64,000 bases of DNA from a virus: IMG/VR virus record IMGVR_UViG_3300045988_124153. One strand, 5' to 3'. Both the position numbers and the translations under genes were made by a program. This document shows, one piece after another, positions 33,399 to 44,691 of this stretch (position 1 is the first letter of the stretch; every line of letters starts with the position of its first letter). The notes beneath the pieces are model-generated. The model had not been told where the DNA came from and searched no databases. It saw only the letters and a program-made list of their open reading frames with translations.

Positions 33399-34418
33399 AT
33401 GATGGTCCCGGAAACGCATTTGCTATATAAGGAGTTTAATGGCGTGAAACGTCTTGCCATATCTTATTCCCAGATAGACACGTTTCTTACTTGTCCAATG
33501 AAATGGTATAAGACTTACGTAGAGGGCAAAAGGTCTACGGAAAAACAAGAAGCTACGTCTTATGGTACGGTTATCCATAAGACACTGGAATACTTCTTTA
33601 AGAACGGAAGACAGCCTTCTGGAAAAGACCTGGGGGAAGCTATAAGTTACTATGCTTACCAAGAAGACATACCTTGGCAATCACCGGAAAATATGATGAT
33701 AGCCATGAAGCAATCCGGGGAGCTTCTTGCTTGGATTGTGGATCTGTTCAAAAAAGACGGCAATAGGTTTATGATAGCTGATAGTGATCTTAATCCCTGC
33801 GAGAAACTTATCAGACACAGCGCTATAGTTGGAGTCGAAGAAGATTTTGTGCTGCCGTACCGTCTTCCTAAGCCTGTTAACATAAATGGAGTAATTCATA
33901 CTCATGTGTACATAGTAGGATCGGTAGACCTTCATCTGGCTATAAAAAGCAAGAACGTAGTTCACCATTATGTCATAGATTGGAAATCAGGTAATAAGGT
34001 TTTTGATTCTAAGAAGTTGGAAACAAATTTACAGCATCCTATATATTCATTTTACATCTATAGAAGATATGGTGGGGTTCTACCAGATATGAACATCTAT
34101 TTCTTTACCAGGACCAGGCAGTACCAAAAGGTTAAGGTAGATGAGGAACGTAAAACAAAATCTATAGAGATGCTAAATGACACTTTGTCTAAAATGTATG
34201 ATTTTGAAGATAATAGTGTAAAATCATTTCAAGCGTACATCCAGGGAGCAGAAGGAGCCAGGTATAGCAAGCGGCGTGCCACCCTAAGCCAGCCTGTTTC
34301 GCAAAACAAGCTACCCTGCCCGTCAGCACTGTGTTATTATTGTGACTTTGGATTACATAACAAAAACGAATGCCCTTTCTCTTCGGATTGGGATCCGTCT
34401 AAAAAGATAAAACGATGA
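33399..34418 (+). CDS. Cas4-like / RecB-family PD-(D/E)xK exonuclease with C-terminal Cys cluster (CPSALCYYCDFGLHNKNECP)
   Basis: N-terminal Q-hhh-Y motif (SYSQIDTFLTCPMKWY), D...D/E.K core (HYVIDWKSG), four C-terminal Cys. Confidence 0.65.
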   Translation: MMVPETHLLYKEFNGVKRLAISYSQIDTFLTCPMKWYKTYVEGKRSTEKQEATSYGTVIHKTLEYFFKNGRQPSGKDLGEAISYYAYQEDIPWQSPENMMIAMKQSGELLAWIVDLFKKDGNRFMIADSDLNPCEKLIRHSAIVGVEEDFVLPYRLPKPVNINGVIHTHVYIVGSVDLHLAIKSKNVVHHYVIDWKSGNKVFDSKKLETNLQHPIYSFYIYRRYGGVLPDMNIYFFTRTRQYQKVKVDEERKTKSIEMLNDTLSKMYDFEDNSVKSFQAYIQGAEGARYSKRRATLSQPVSQNKLPCPSALCYYCDFGLHNKNECPFSSDWDPSKKIKR

Positions 34419-35284
34419 AATACGAGGACGTTCAAAAGTTAAGAACAAAATACCGGCAAGATCCGGAAGTTATAAACGTAGAATACATGAGAGACGTTGC
34501 TGTAAGATGTGGGAATTTCAAGAAAGCATTTGAACTTCAGGAGAAGCTGGAGGATATATGGTTTAACTACTTAAAGGGAGTCCAATGAAAGAAGATCTAA
34601 TATGTGGAGTAGCGATCCTTTTGTATTTAGTTTTATTATACTTGCTCACGACAGCTTTCATAAAAACAGGTAGAGCAGTAGATCGTTATAAGATGAAGAA
34701 GAAAACTGACAAAATCAAAGTAGGTCAAAGATACGAACATAAGAACTACTTTGAGGATCCATTTGAAAGAGGCAAGCATGTGATTAAGATATTAGACATA
34801 AAAGAAGGGTACGTTCTATATGAGTACGAAGAAAAACCATATATACGTTCTTCTGTGAGTCTTGAAGATATTGTTAAAAAATACATTTTAATTACTGATG
34901 TTAAACACAAGTAAGTCATGAAAAAAGAAGTCACAATCAAGGAAGATATGGCTGTGTTTTATAAAAATACAGGAAAAGAACTATGGATTTATAACGGACT
35001 TTTCAGAAACAAGGTGTTGTCTATAAAAAAAGATAAAGCCATTATCATGTGTGAAACTGATGCTGAATATGCTGTACTGATAGAAGATAATCAGTTTATT
35101 GCCGTAGCAAAAAACATGGATTATGATTACTGCTGCGCATTCACATTAGGTAATGCCGAGGCTTATGGGGATCGTATGGGCATATCGTGCAGTGTATGCT
35201 TGCTTGAAGATAACGAAGATAAAGCAAGGGAGATGTTGAAAGAGGCGATAATAGAACTTTCAAAAAACAGTAAAATAGATTGCG

Positions 35285-36706
35285 ATGGGCTTTGAACTTA
35301 GACCTTACCAAAAAGAGGCAGTAGATGCCGGGCTTAAGTTCCTTACAGGAAGATCTAAGAAGCCTGGCATAATCGTAGCCCCATGCGGATGTGGAAAGAG
35401 CCTTCTGATATCCAAGATAGCACATGAAATAAATAGACCGACATTAGTATTACAGCCCTCAAAAGAGATTCTGGAGCAGAATTATGCGAAGGCCGTATCA
35501 TTCGGTTCTGAACCTACTATATATTCTGCTTCATGTGGTATAAAGGAGCTGTCGGCTATGACTTATGCAACATTAAAGAGCATAAAGAAAGATGTAGCGA
35601 GGTTGAAGGATATAGGGATAGATACCTTATTGATAGACGAATGTCATTCAGGATATTCTCCTGAAGAAGGTTCTGAATTTATGGAGTTTATGAACGGGTT
35701 CCCAGAGGCGAAGGTGCTGGGCTTCACCGCCACTCCCTGCCGCCTCCGAACCTACAGTTCCATGCTGGAAGGGAACTATAGCAAGCTCAATATGCTGACG
35801 AAAGACGAGCATAACTTCTTCAAGAAAATAGTTCATGTGACTCAAATACAAGAACTAACTTCTCAAGGGTTTTGGTGTCCACTTAAGTACGAACGATGGT
35901 CGTTTGATGAATCGGCTCTGATGTTAAACAGTACCGGAGCCGAATACACCAACGAATCTATTAAAGAAAGTATTGTACGAAACGGCTTAAACAACTCTAT
36001 CTACAAGCGCCTTCTTCAACTTATGAACGAGCGTAAAGCCATTTTGGTTTGCATGGATTCTATCGAATCATGTAATAGAATATCAGAGTTCATGAATGCC
36101 AGGATGGGAGCCATAACCGGTGTCGTAACATCGCTAACAACCAAAAAGAAAAGAGAGCAAATCATATCCGATTTCAAAGAAGGTAAGTTGAAGGTGGTTT
36201 TTAATTATTCAACGCTTGCTACCGGATTTGATTTTCCTGAACTTGATTGTGTGATGTTTGGTCGACCAACTTTCTCATATTCAACTTATTACCAAATATT
36301 AGGCCGCGCCGTCCGCATCCATCCTGACAAGAAAGAGGCGCTGATAGTTGATTGCTGCGACAACATGAGACGCTTTGGTCGGATAGAAGACCTGACAATC
36401 GAGCAATTCCCTTCTAAGGGCTGGTGTATGTTTGCCGGCGATCAACTTCTGTCTAATATAAGGATGGGTGATATTATTACCAAAGACGAGATCCTTCGTC
36501 GGGCAGCCTCGCTTAAATCTGTGAATGGAGATGGTAGGAGAGAAGACGATCTTGACAGCATAATAATGTGGTTTGGAAAATATGAAGGAATTAGATTCAA
36601 GGACATACCAGTGTCGTATTTTAGGTTCTTGGCTGAGAATATGGCAGTAAAACCAGGAGACAGGAAAGAAAAGATTATCGAATATTATAATAGAATAAAA
36701 GCATGA
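35285..36706 (+). CDS. SF2 DEAD/DEAH-box helicase (LRPYQ, Walker A APCGCGKS, motif II DECH)
   Basis: Q-motif or LRPYQ, P-loop and DECH read directly. Confidence 0.75.
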   Translation: MGFELRPYQKEAVDAGLKFLTGRSKKPGIIVAPCGCGKSLLISKIAHEINRPTLVLQPSKEILEQNYAKAVSFGSEPTIYSASCGIKELSAMTYATLKSIKKDVARLKDIGIDTLLIDECHSGYSPEEGSEFMEFMNGFPEAKVLGFTATPCRLRTYSSMLEGNYSKLNMLTKDEHNFFKKIVHVTQIQELTSQGFWCPLKYERWSFDESALMLNSTGAEYTNESIKESIVRNGLNNSIYKRLLQLMNERKAILVCMDSIESCNRISEFMNARMGAITGVVTSLTTKKKREQIISDFKEGKLKVVFNYSTLATGFDFPELDCVMFGRPTFSYSTYYQILGRAVRIHPDKKEALIVDCCDNMRRFGRIEDLTIEQFPSKGWCMFAGDQLLSNIRMGDIITKDEILRRAASLKSVNGDGRREDDLDSIIMWFGKYEGIRFKDIPVSYFRFLAENMAVKPGDRKEKIIEYYNRIKA

Positions 36707-37113
36707 ACAGCAAAAGACGTAAGAAAATAGAGGATATTATTTCCAATTTGGAAAAGCATAAAACAGATCTTGAGTTTATCAAATCAAAGCTGTCAGAGGT
36801 TAGGCATAATCTGGATTCAGCCAAGGATGATGTTGATATGATTTTAGACGAAGAGACGGAAGCAAGAGATAATATGCCGGAGTCGTTACAAGATACAGAA
36901 AGATATTATCAATCAGATGAGGCTGTAGCTAATATGGAGGCGGTTGTTGATGATATAGAAAGTATTGTAGGGGATTTAGAGAATGCGGTTTCAACCATTG
37001 ATGATAAAATCAATGACATAGAAACTGGTATTATAGGGAATTTAGAGGCAGCCATAGGCGCATAACGTAAAAATATAATCATAAAATTTAACACAATATA
37101 TTTGTATAGATAT

Positions 37114-37150
37114 AATACGATACATATTTTTGTATCGTATTATTTTTTAT
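37114..37150 (+). terminator. Intrinsic terminator: perfect 11-bp inverted repeat AATACGATACA/TGTATCGTATT followed by ATTTTTTAT
   Basis: Hairpin plus U-tract after the coiled-coil gene 36703-37065. Confidence 0.65.
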
Positions 37151-37162
37151 GTGTTATATTTT

Positions 37163-37897
37163 ATGAAAACAAATGTTACAATGGTATCAAAAGACCGAGA
37201 ATTATTTGGCGTAATAATTAAGCAGGACACTAAAACTTCGTTTATGTCCTTAACAGACCTTCAGGAAGCCTATACGAAGAAGAGGGTTGAGATGGGGTGG
37301 AATGAAAAGAGAATAGAGAATATCCTATCTAATAAGGAGAGTGCGGAACGTGTTTACTATATCCTTGAAAAACAAGGATATAAGATAGAATCAGGATTTC
37401 CTGGTTTTATACAATCTGTTGAAAAAGAGTCACTTATAAAAGTGATGAAAAAAATGGGAGCTTATAAGACAATGGGTAGAGGAGAGAATAGGAGAACTAT
37501 GTGTAATCCATATATATGGGTGCTTGTAGCTATGGAACTAAACCCTATGTTGTATGCTGAGGTTGTTACGTGGTTAACAGATAAGCTTATCTTAAACCGA
37601 ATAGAGGCAGGTGATAAATACAATGTCTTGTCAAGAGCTATATCAAGATTTCCGGATGCCGATTACTCCAAGATGGCTAAAGGCTTAAATTGGATTGTAT
37701 TTAATGAGCATGAAAGCATGATAAGAAATAGGGCTACACAGGAGCAGTTGAAAGAACTTGAAACCCTACAGTCTAATCTTGCATTCTGCATAGAGATGGG
37801 AACCATCTCTTCTTTCTCTAATTTAATGAACATGATGAGATCTATATATGTAAAGAAATGGGGAGAAGAGGCTGTAACTTCTAAAAACGTAAAATAA
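37163..37897 (+). CDS. KilA-N (APSES-type) DNA-binding domain protein; the track start 37130 overlaps the terminator, so ATG 37163 or 37181 is more likely
   Basis: The N-terminal 100 aa resemble the KilA-N pattern (FGVIIKQDTKTSFMSLTDL ... NPYIWVLVAMELNPMLYAEVVTWL). Confidence 0.45.
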   Translation: MKTNVTMVSKDRELFGVIIKQDTKTSFMSLTDLQEAYTKKRVEMGWNEKRIENILSNKESAERVYYILEKQGYKIESGFPGFIQSVEKESLIKVMKKMGAYKTMGRGENRRTMCNPYIWVLVAMELNPMLYAEVVTWLTDKLILNRIEAGDKYNVLSRAISRFPDADYSKMAKGLNWIVFNEHESMIRNRATQEQLKELETLQSNLAFCIEMGTISSFSNLMNMMRSIYVKKWGEEAVTSKNVK

Positions 37898-39707
37898 TAT
37901 GGGAGTAAAAGAAATAAGAGAACTACTTAGACTCTACAATCTCGAACATAGTGTCGTCCAGAACAAAAACTCTGGGCGGTATTCTATTATTCTCCATAAC
38001 AACATCATAGGAACGAACGTAGATGGAGAGAAGGTAGTTGTGTTCAGAACCATTCCGGATGGAAGCAATACGTTCTCTATGGAGCGAAATAGATTCTATG
38101 AGGGGTTTGTAGAGGCTTTTGATGACGATAAGGCGATTGAAGCCGTAAGACAGTATTTTGAGAAAAACAGAAATGATAGGGTATAAGACGAAGATGGATT
38201 ATATTACTATCGAAATGAGGTAAAACAACGATAAAGCAATGGAAAAGATGGATGATAATACTAAAAATATCCTTTATCCAAAAGGATCTATTTTTCGCAT
38301 ATTAAAAGATGATATAATCAGTGCCGAATTTAAAATCGTCAAAGGAGCTATAGCGGAGGCAGTATCAGACATAGAAGTAAATGATAAATATGCTGAGGTT
38401 TGTTGCAATGGGGAGACGTTCGTCATAGAAACGGATATTATGGATATTATTCTTACCAAAGACCCCATAGAAAACAAATCGGTGAAAAATGACATCATTG
38501 ATGATAAACTACGATGGGATTTGCTTCCAATGGAAGAGATTGAGGACATTGTAAAAGTCTATCATGCCGGAGCCAAAAAGTACGATCCTAATACTTGGCA
38601 GAACCTTGACAACGGATTTGAACGGTACCGTGCTGCGATGTTTCGACACCTGATGGAATACATGAAAGGGGAAAGAGTGGATTCCGATACAGGATGTTTT
38701 CATCTTGCACAATGTGCATGGAACTGCATAGCTATGCTGTGGTATGACAAGCATGGAAAAGGGTTGATACCATTAAATAAGGAGGAAAAGAAATGACAAT
38801 AGAACAACTAAATTATTTATTAAGAAAAGAGCTTTATGCTATAAAAAACCATAAAGACAATATTGATAGAATCAAAAAAGAATATTTTGATTCCAATTAT
38901 GGGTTAAAAGAAGGAGATAAGATCCGTATTTTACACGAAGCAGGAGATGAAATGATAGGCTTCTTGAAAAAAGTTGAAGTATGTGAAGACGGAGATCTGT
39001 ACTTGACAATCCAAAAACAAAACGAAAAAGGTGATAGAGGCAGAGGAACGTGGAATATGTATCTATCATCAAAATCAATTAAAATAGAAAAATTATTAGA
39101 TTAATAACGATATGATTAGAGCAAGATTTTACATTAAAAAATCCGACTGCGGTAACGACTACCGTCCAGTCAAATGGCCTATAAAATATCCATATTGGTG
39201 TAGTGGTGAATCCGATGATTCATTCATACTTGTAGCGTATGCCGAAGACGAAGACAGCATAAAAGAGCTGTGGCCGGAAGCATACGATATTAATGTCTTA
39301 GAAAAAGATACTGAGGTTAAATTCACATTAAGATTTCCTAAGCCGAAATGGTATGAATTGCAAGAAGAGAGATTAGAAGAGTATGATAAATTATATGGTA
39401 AATTCGTATGGGTTACAGACATGTGTCTAAAAGATGGGAAAATAAGAAAGGTAAAAGCCAGAATAGAAGATTGTGGTGGTCTTTTATTAGCCGACACTCC
39501 TGGTCGTTACACCCCTTATCAGATAGGGGATTGTGCTTTTGAAAGCAAGGAAGAGGCTTTAAAACATGCAGAGGAACAGAGAACGAATTTAATTAAGTCT
39601 CTTAAGTTACAAATACACGAACTTGAAAATCTAAAATTTGAATGCGATGATTGAATAATTTGATTATTTTACAAATAACGATTACATTTACGATATAAAT
39701 CATTCAA

Positions 39708-40898
39708 ATGAGATTAGTTGAAAGGCATATAGTTAAAGACAACCGGTTTGAGGATATTTGCTTCAAATCCGGCTTGTTATATAATTATGTTCTTTACAAC
39801 ATTCGTCAAGGAATCTTTTCAGGTAACTATTTAAAGGAATTTGATTTATCAAACAAACTTTGCAAAGAAAACCAATTTGATTTCAGGAATTTACCTAATC
39901 ATGTTTCACAGCAGGTGATTAAACAGGTATTTAAAAACATAAAATCCTGGATGAGATTAAAGAAAGATTTTGAAAAGAATCCTTCGAAATACGGTAATCA
40001 TCGTCCTCATCTTCCTTCGTATAAGAAGGGCAAGAAACAAAACATGGTTGTTTTCACCAACTGCAATTGTAGGGTAAAGGGTGATAATTGTATTTATTTT
40101 GTTAAAGATATAATCAAACCTATCAAAACAAATGTAAAGAAAGACGAACTAAAACAAGTTAGAATAATCCCTCAAGCTACATGTTATGTAGTAGAGGTAG
40201 TTTATGAAAGAAAGGAAACTGATCTTGGTTTAAACAAAGACAATTTTCTTTCGATTGATTTAGGATTGAATAATTTATGTTCATGTATTAGTAATGTAGA
40301 AACTAATTCTTTCATTATAAACGGACGGGTTATGAAATCAGTAAATCAGTGGTACAATAAGAAGAAAGCTAAGTTGATGTCTTTTGTTGGTAATAAGGGA
40401 ACTTCAAATAGAATAAGAAAAATTACTTTGTTTAGAAATTGTTGGATAGAAGACAAATTGCATAAAATCAGTAGATACATTGTAGACTTTTGTAAATCTA
40501 ACAATATAGGAACAATCATCATTGGATTAAACAAAGAATGGAAAAACGAGATAAATATCGGTAAAAGGAATAACCAACATTTTGTTTCTATTCCTCATTC
40601 TAAATTGATTGATAAGATTGTTTACAAAGCAAATCTTTTAGGGATAGAGGTAATTACTCATGAGGAATCTTACACATCAAAGATTGACCATCTTGCTTTT
40701 GAACCTCTAAAGAAACAGGAATCCTACTTAGGAAAAAGAAAGAAACGTGGATTGTTTCAAAGTTCAATTGGAAAACTGATCAATGCAGATATTAATGGAT
40801 CAATTGGAATAGCAAGAAAAGTAGTCGGTGATTCTTTCATTGGAAAGATAATCGATAGTGGATTTGTGTTTAATCCGGTTAGAATAAATATTTTGTGA
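39708..40898 (+). CDS. tnpB: TnpB-like (OrfB_IS605) protein with RuvC-I (SIDLGLNN) and RuvC-III (INADINGSIGIARK) but the zinc finger replaced (S.TSKID... no CxxC): a degenerate or derived TnpB
   Basis: Motifs read directly; the Cys of the Zn ribbon are absent. Confidence 0.6.
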   Translation: MRLVERHIVKDNRFEDICFKSGLLYNYVLYNIRQGIFSGNYLKEFDLSNKLCKENQFDFRNLPNHVSQQVIKQVFKNIKSWMRLKKDFEKNPSKYGNHRPHLPSYKKGKKQNMVVFTNCNCRVKGDNCIYFVKDIIKPIKTNVKKDELKQVRIIPQATCYVVEVVYERKETDLGLNKDNFLSIDLGLNNLCSCISNVETNSFIINGRVMKSVNQWYNKKKAKLMSFVGNKGTSNRIRKITLFRNCWIEDKLHKISRYIVDFCKSNNIGTIIIGLNKEWKNEINIGKRNNQHFVSIPHSKLIDKIVYKANLLGIEVITHEESYTSKIDHLAFEPLKKQESYLGKRKKRGLFQSSIGKLINADINGSIGIARKVVGDSFIGKIIDSGFVFNPVRINIL

Positions 40899-42083
40899 TA
40901 TAAGGTTGAATCTAATGAATAAAATGAATAATTTTAATAACATTAACTACGCAGCAAAAGCCAGAAGAGCTTATTTGATAAACAATTTCGATAAGATTCT
41001 TAACAGCCTCAACGCGCTTCATTCGACGGTTGAAACCATGACGTTGTTCGTAAACGACCAGGCTTATAATTACATTCTTAAGCTGAAGGAAGTGATTAAG
41101 GGTGGTCCTATGTACAAACATAATGTCAAACGATTTTTGAATGATATGGACAAAGAGATAAAGAGGTACAATGCTTCTATCTACTACATAAATAAAGAGC
41201 GTAGTGAGGTTATAGCTGATATAACACAAGCGATGGAAGATTGCCTCATGCCATACATAGACGACCTGGCCGGCGCTATAAGGGCAGCCGTGTGGTCGAG
41301 GGGTGTGTCCGAGGAGCGGACGGAAGCGGCGGTACTGTCCCTAATCGTATCCTCTTTGGCCACGACATCAGGCAGACTTATTTCAGGTGGATATCAGATC
41401 ATGAAAGAAATGGGTGGAGGCTGGGGTGGTAATCCATTTACGTTTATGAGCATTGATAAGATAAGACACTTATCTACATCATTATCTGATGCTATTACCG
41501 GTGGAGAAATAGCTCTTGAGGAAAAAGAAGCCAATGACATAACTAAGGCAATGGATGTTTTTATTGAGAAAATGTCTGATTCAGATATTGTTGATAAGGT
41601 GATCAGCATACTCGAAGAGGCAGAATCTAAAAACAAGGAGGAGAGATCGTGAATTATTTAGATGGGTATGTAGAAGAGATTCTTTCCGAGCCGTACTATG
41701 ATGATTACGGTTCTGGTATTTTTAGGTGGTGGGTGAAAGTGTCTTACATTTGCGAAGGCATAGGAGCTGTCACTACCTTAATGTTTGATACGAGAGAAGA
41801 AGCAGAGGCAGTAAAACCAGGTTACAAATTTTTATGTTGAAAATAATATGAAGTATTTTATTTTATTGATGACATTAGTATTATCATCATGTTCAAATAA
41901 TCATCAGGTTAATGACGGATGGGTTATATATGATCTACGTCCTTTACAGGGTGGACGTGTGATGTATTATGCTGAAGACGAAAGAATTTCAATATTTAAA
42001 CATAATAGAATCATAAAATTCGTTGGATACCAAGGGGAATACAATATCGGAGATTCTATTAAGATCTTGACATACTCCCATCG

Positions 42084-43235
42084 CTAAAGCAAATGGGATT
42101 CTTGGATACAAACGCAAGAAACCCCGACATTACTATCGTTGGAATTACTCTTACTCTCCAATTCGGAAATGCCCTTCCGAAGTATATTACGGGATGCAAG
42201 AACATCACGGTCGTTGACCGCGCCGCACGACGGGCATACCCACGTGCGGTCGCGTAACGACAGTCCTTTATTAATGCAGCCACATTCACAAGTTTTGGAA
42301 GAAGGATACCATTTGTCAATCTTATGTACTATCACTCCATACTTTGAAGCAATATATGTAAGTTTGTCAATAAAAGAAGAATGACTGAGATCAGAAACTT
42401 TCTTTCCCCACAAACGTTTCATTCCTTCAATGTTTAGATCTTCAATAAAAATATAATCATATTGTTTACACAAATCATGAGCTAATTTCCATTGAAAGTC
42501 TGATCGAAGATTGTTTATTTTACGATACGCTTGTTGTAGTTCAAACAGTCTCCTTCTTTTATTATTGGATCCTTTCTTTGCATTAGAAAACCGTTTGTTT
42601 AGTTTTCTAATCTTGTTTTGATATTGTTTGAGGAATAATGGAGAATCGATTTTGCTACCATCACTTTTAGTTAGATAAGTTTTCAGACCAAAATCCAATC
42701 CGATAGATGCACCATCATGTGTCTTTCTATAAGAGTTTACAGGATTATGGTCTGTAACTATAATCAAACTAAAACGGGAACAGGTTTCTCTAACTATTCT
42801 AATTTGTTTAACATTACCTTCATAAGGTCTACTGTATGAAAACTTAAAATGTTTCTTTCCTTTGTTAATTGTTAGACAATTTCCATTCAGGGTAAACCCT
42901 CCTTGTTTGAATACAAAAGAATTGAATTTCTCCGGTGATTTAAACTTAGGAGGTCGTTTAGCCAACTTCTTGAAGAAGCGATTGTATGCTGAATCTAACC
43001 TTTGAATAATTTCTTGTGTTGTTTGGGAATGAAGAAGATTTCTCTTAATTCTTTTAGAGAAATGTTTTTGCATCTTGCCAACTGAGATATATTTCCCAAA
43101 CAGTTTGTAATACCTACGTTGTAGAGCTAAAGCATGATTCCATACAAAACAGCATTCGCGAAGTATCTTGACAAGATACTTCGTTTTCTTTGAATAATAT
43201 ATGTTATATTTGTATGAAATCATTTTTAACCACAT
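42084..43235 (-). CDS. tnpB: TnpB RNA-guided endonuclease (IS200/IS605 family, IS1341-like): RuvC-I IGLDFGLKT, RuvC-II IFIEDLNIEG, Zn ribbon CECGC...CPSCG, RuvC-III NDRDVLASRNI
   Basis: All catalytic and Zn motifs present. Confidence 0.8.
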   Translation of the reverse strand: MWLKMISYKYNIYYSKKTKYLVKILRECCFVWNHALALQRRYYKLFGKYISVGKMQKHFSKRIKRNLLHSQTTQEIIQRLDSAYNRFFKKLAKRPPKFKSPEKFNSFVFKQGGFTLNGNCLTINKGKKHFKFSYSRPYEGNVKQIRIVRETCSRFSLIIVTDHNPVNSYRKTHDGASIGLDFGLKTYLTKSDGSKIDSPLFLKQYQNKIRKLNKRFSNAKKGSNNKRRRLFELQQAYRKINNLRSDFQWKLAHDLCKQYDYIFIEDLNIEGMKRLWGKKVSDLSHSSFIDKLTYIASKYGVIVHKIDKWYPSSKTCECGCINKGLSLRDRTWVCPSCGAVNDRDVLASRNILRKGISELESKSNSNDSNVGVSCVCIQESHLL

Positions 43236-43321
43236 TTATGATACAAATATAATAATAACTTTTTGGCATATATCAGAATCAATTATTTAAAAATACATAT
43301 ATGAATAAAAGAATCATTGAT

Positions 43322-43341
43322 CCCCTGCTTAAAAGCAGGGG
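43322..43341. mobile_element. IS200/IS605-type subterminal hairpin (CCCCTGC-TTAAAA-GCAGGGG) about 90 nt upstream of the tnpB(-) start: a putative IS left end
   Basis: Perfect 7-bp GC-rich hairpin in an AT-rich divergent intergenic region. Confidence 0.45.
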
Positions 43342-43949
43342 ATTTGTTAAAGATCGTAAAAGTAAAATAATATGAAAAATAATTTAAAACTCGTATGTCC
43401 AAAATGTGGCACCCCTCACCAGCCTCATTCTCCGCACACGATGGATGCAGATGGATTTGAAAGGTGTGAGATAAGAACTGTCATGGAAGACAGGGGATGG
43501 TGCTACGAATGCTCTTTTTGGCAAAACTTGTACGACAAGCACAAAGACGATCCTGGATGGGTTAGGATAGATGGTGAAAGCTGGGTGCTTAAGCCTATGG
43601 TGGAAAACGTACCGAGCGGATGGAACAGCCTTGGATGTGGTGGAAGAAAAATGTATATCAATATCGAAGGGAAAGGCATTGTTACATCAAATAACTGCTG
43701 GTGTCAAGGTGATGTTTCGGACGCATTCAAGGATCTTATGCCTGATAATGCTACTTGGGCTACGAAGGAGGAATTTGACAAAGCTCCTGTAGTAGGACAT
43801 ATCATAGAAGGTATTGGTTTAGTTTTCACAGATAGGGGAGGTCATGAAGTTAATGCTTAGAAACTTATTTCATGTTCTGCTTATACAAGAAAAGATGGTA
43901 ACTACAACAATCCCCAACCATACAATAGGCGTACGGTTGGGGATTGTTG

Positions 43950-44687
43950 TCATATCGTAAAATTAAGTGTTTTTTCTAATATCAGATATTCAGTATGAAC
44001 TTTACTTCCGCCATCATTTATCAAGTCCAAATTAATATAAGCTGTATATGATACATGATGATCACCAGGAGCAAGACGTTTCATATCTGATAAGAACATA
44101 GAATTTAGACCTTGGCCAGACCATGATTCTGGATATGGCAAAGGTTTAAAGTCGGCGTCTGTACATCTTACAACCCAAGTAAGATTAGGATCTGCCCTAA
44201 CTATTCTATCATGAGGTCCATCAATTACAAGATCTGGCATCTCATATTGGTAACTATCATAATTAAGGACAATAGGATCACCAAAGTTTACACCGTATAT
44301 AGCAGCAGGTGGAGTAAAGCTTGTTATTAAAAAGGTTCTATTAATCCTATTGGTTGTTCTTAGCGTAAACTCATCAGGTGCTATCACACTTACTATAAAT
44401 CCATAATGAGGAGAGGTTGTTAAAGCAATAGCAAGAACCACCGAATCCTGTTCAAGCAATTCCTCTGTCGTATCAACCCGACTATCGATCTCTTGCCTAT
44501 CTTCCATTGGAACACCGCCTTGGACACTTATGGAATCCAGCCGTTCTTTTTTAGACAGAAAGATAAATTGCCCGCCCTGTGGAATGGTGCCTACTTTCTT
44601 TCCTTCTACGATTACCCCCCCCTATACAATCGCTAACTATCTTATACTCATATAGTTTAGCATTATTTTCAAATCTTCTTCTCATAA
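43950..44687 (-). CDS. Tail-fibre-region protein beginning MRRRFENNAKLYEY...; it reads through a G10 tract (on + strand C10 at 44615-44624, encoding GGG) into the track ORF 43950-44507
   Basis: In the printed sequence the frame is open from ATG 44687 to the stop at 43950; the N-terminal MRRRF matches the internal MRRRF start of the neighbouring gene. The ORF track starts only at 44507, implying a different tract length. Confidence 0.4.
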
Positions 44688-44691
44688 TTTC

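Noticed and set aside
41848-42087. Treating the lipoprotein-signal ORF as definitely real
   Set aside because: It overlaps the expected 3'-end RNA scaffold of tnpB(-); it is kept only as a mention inside the TnpB finding.
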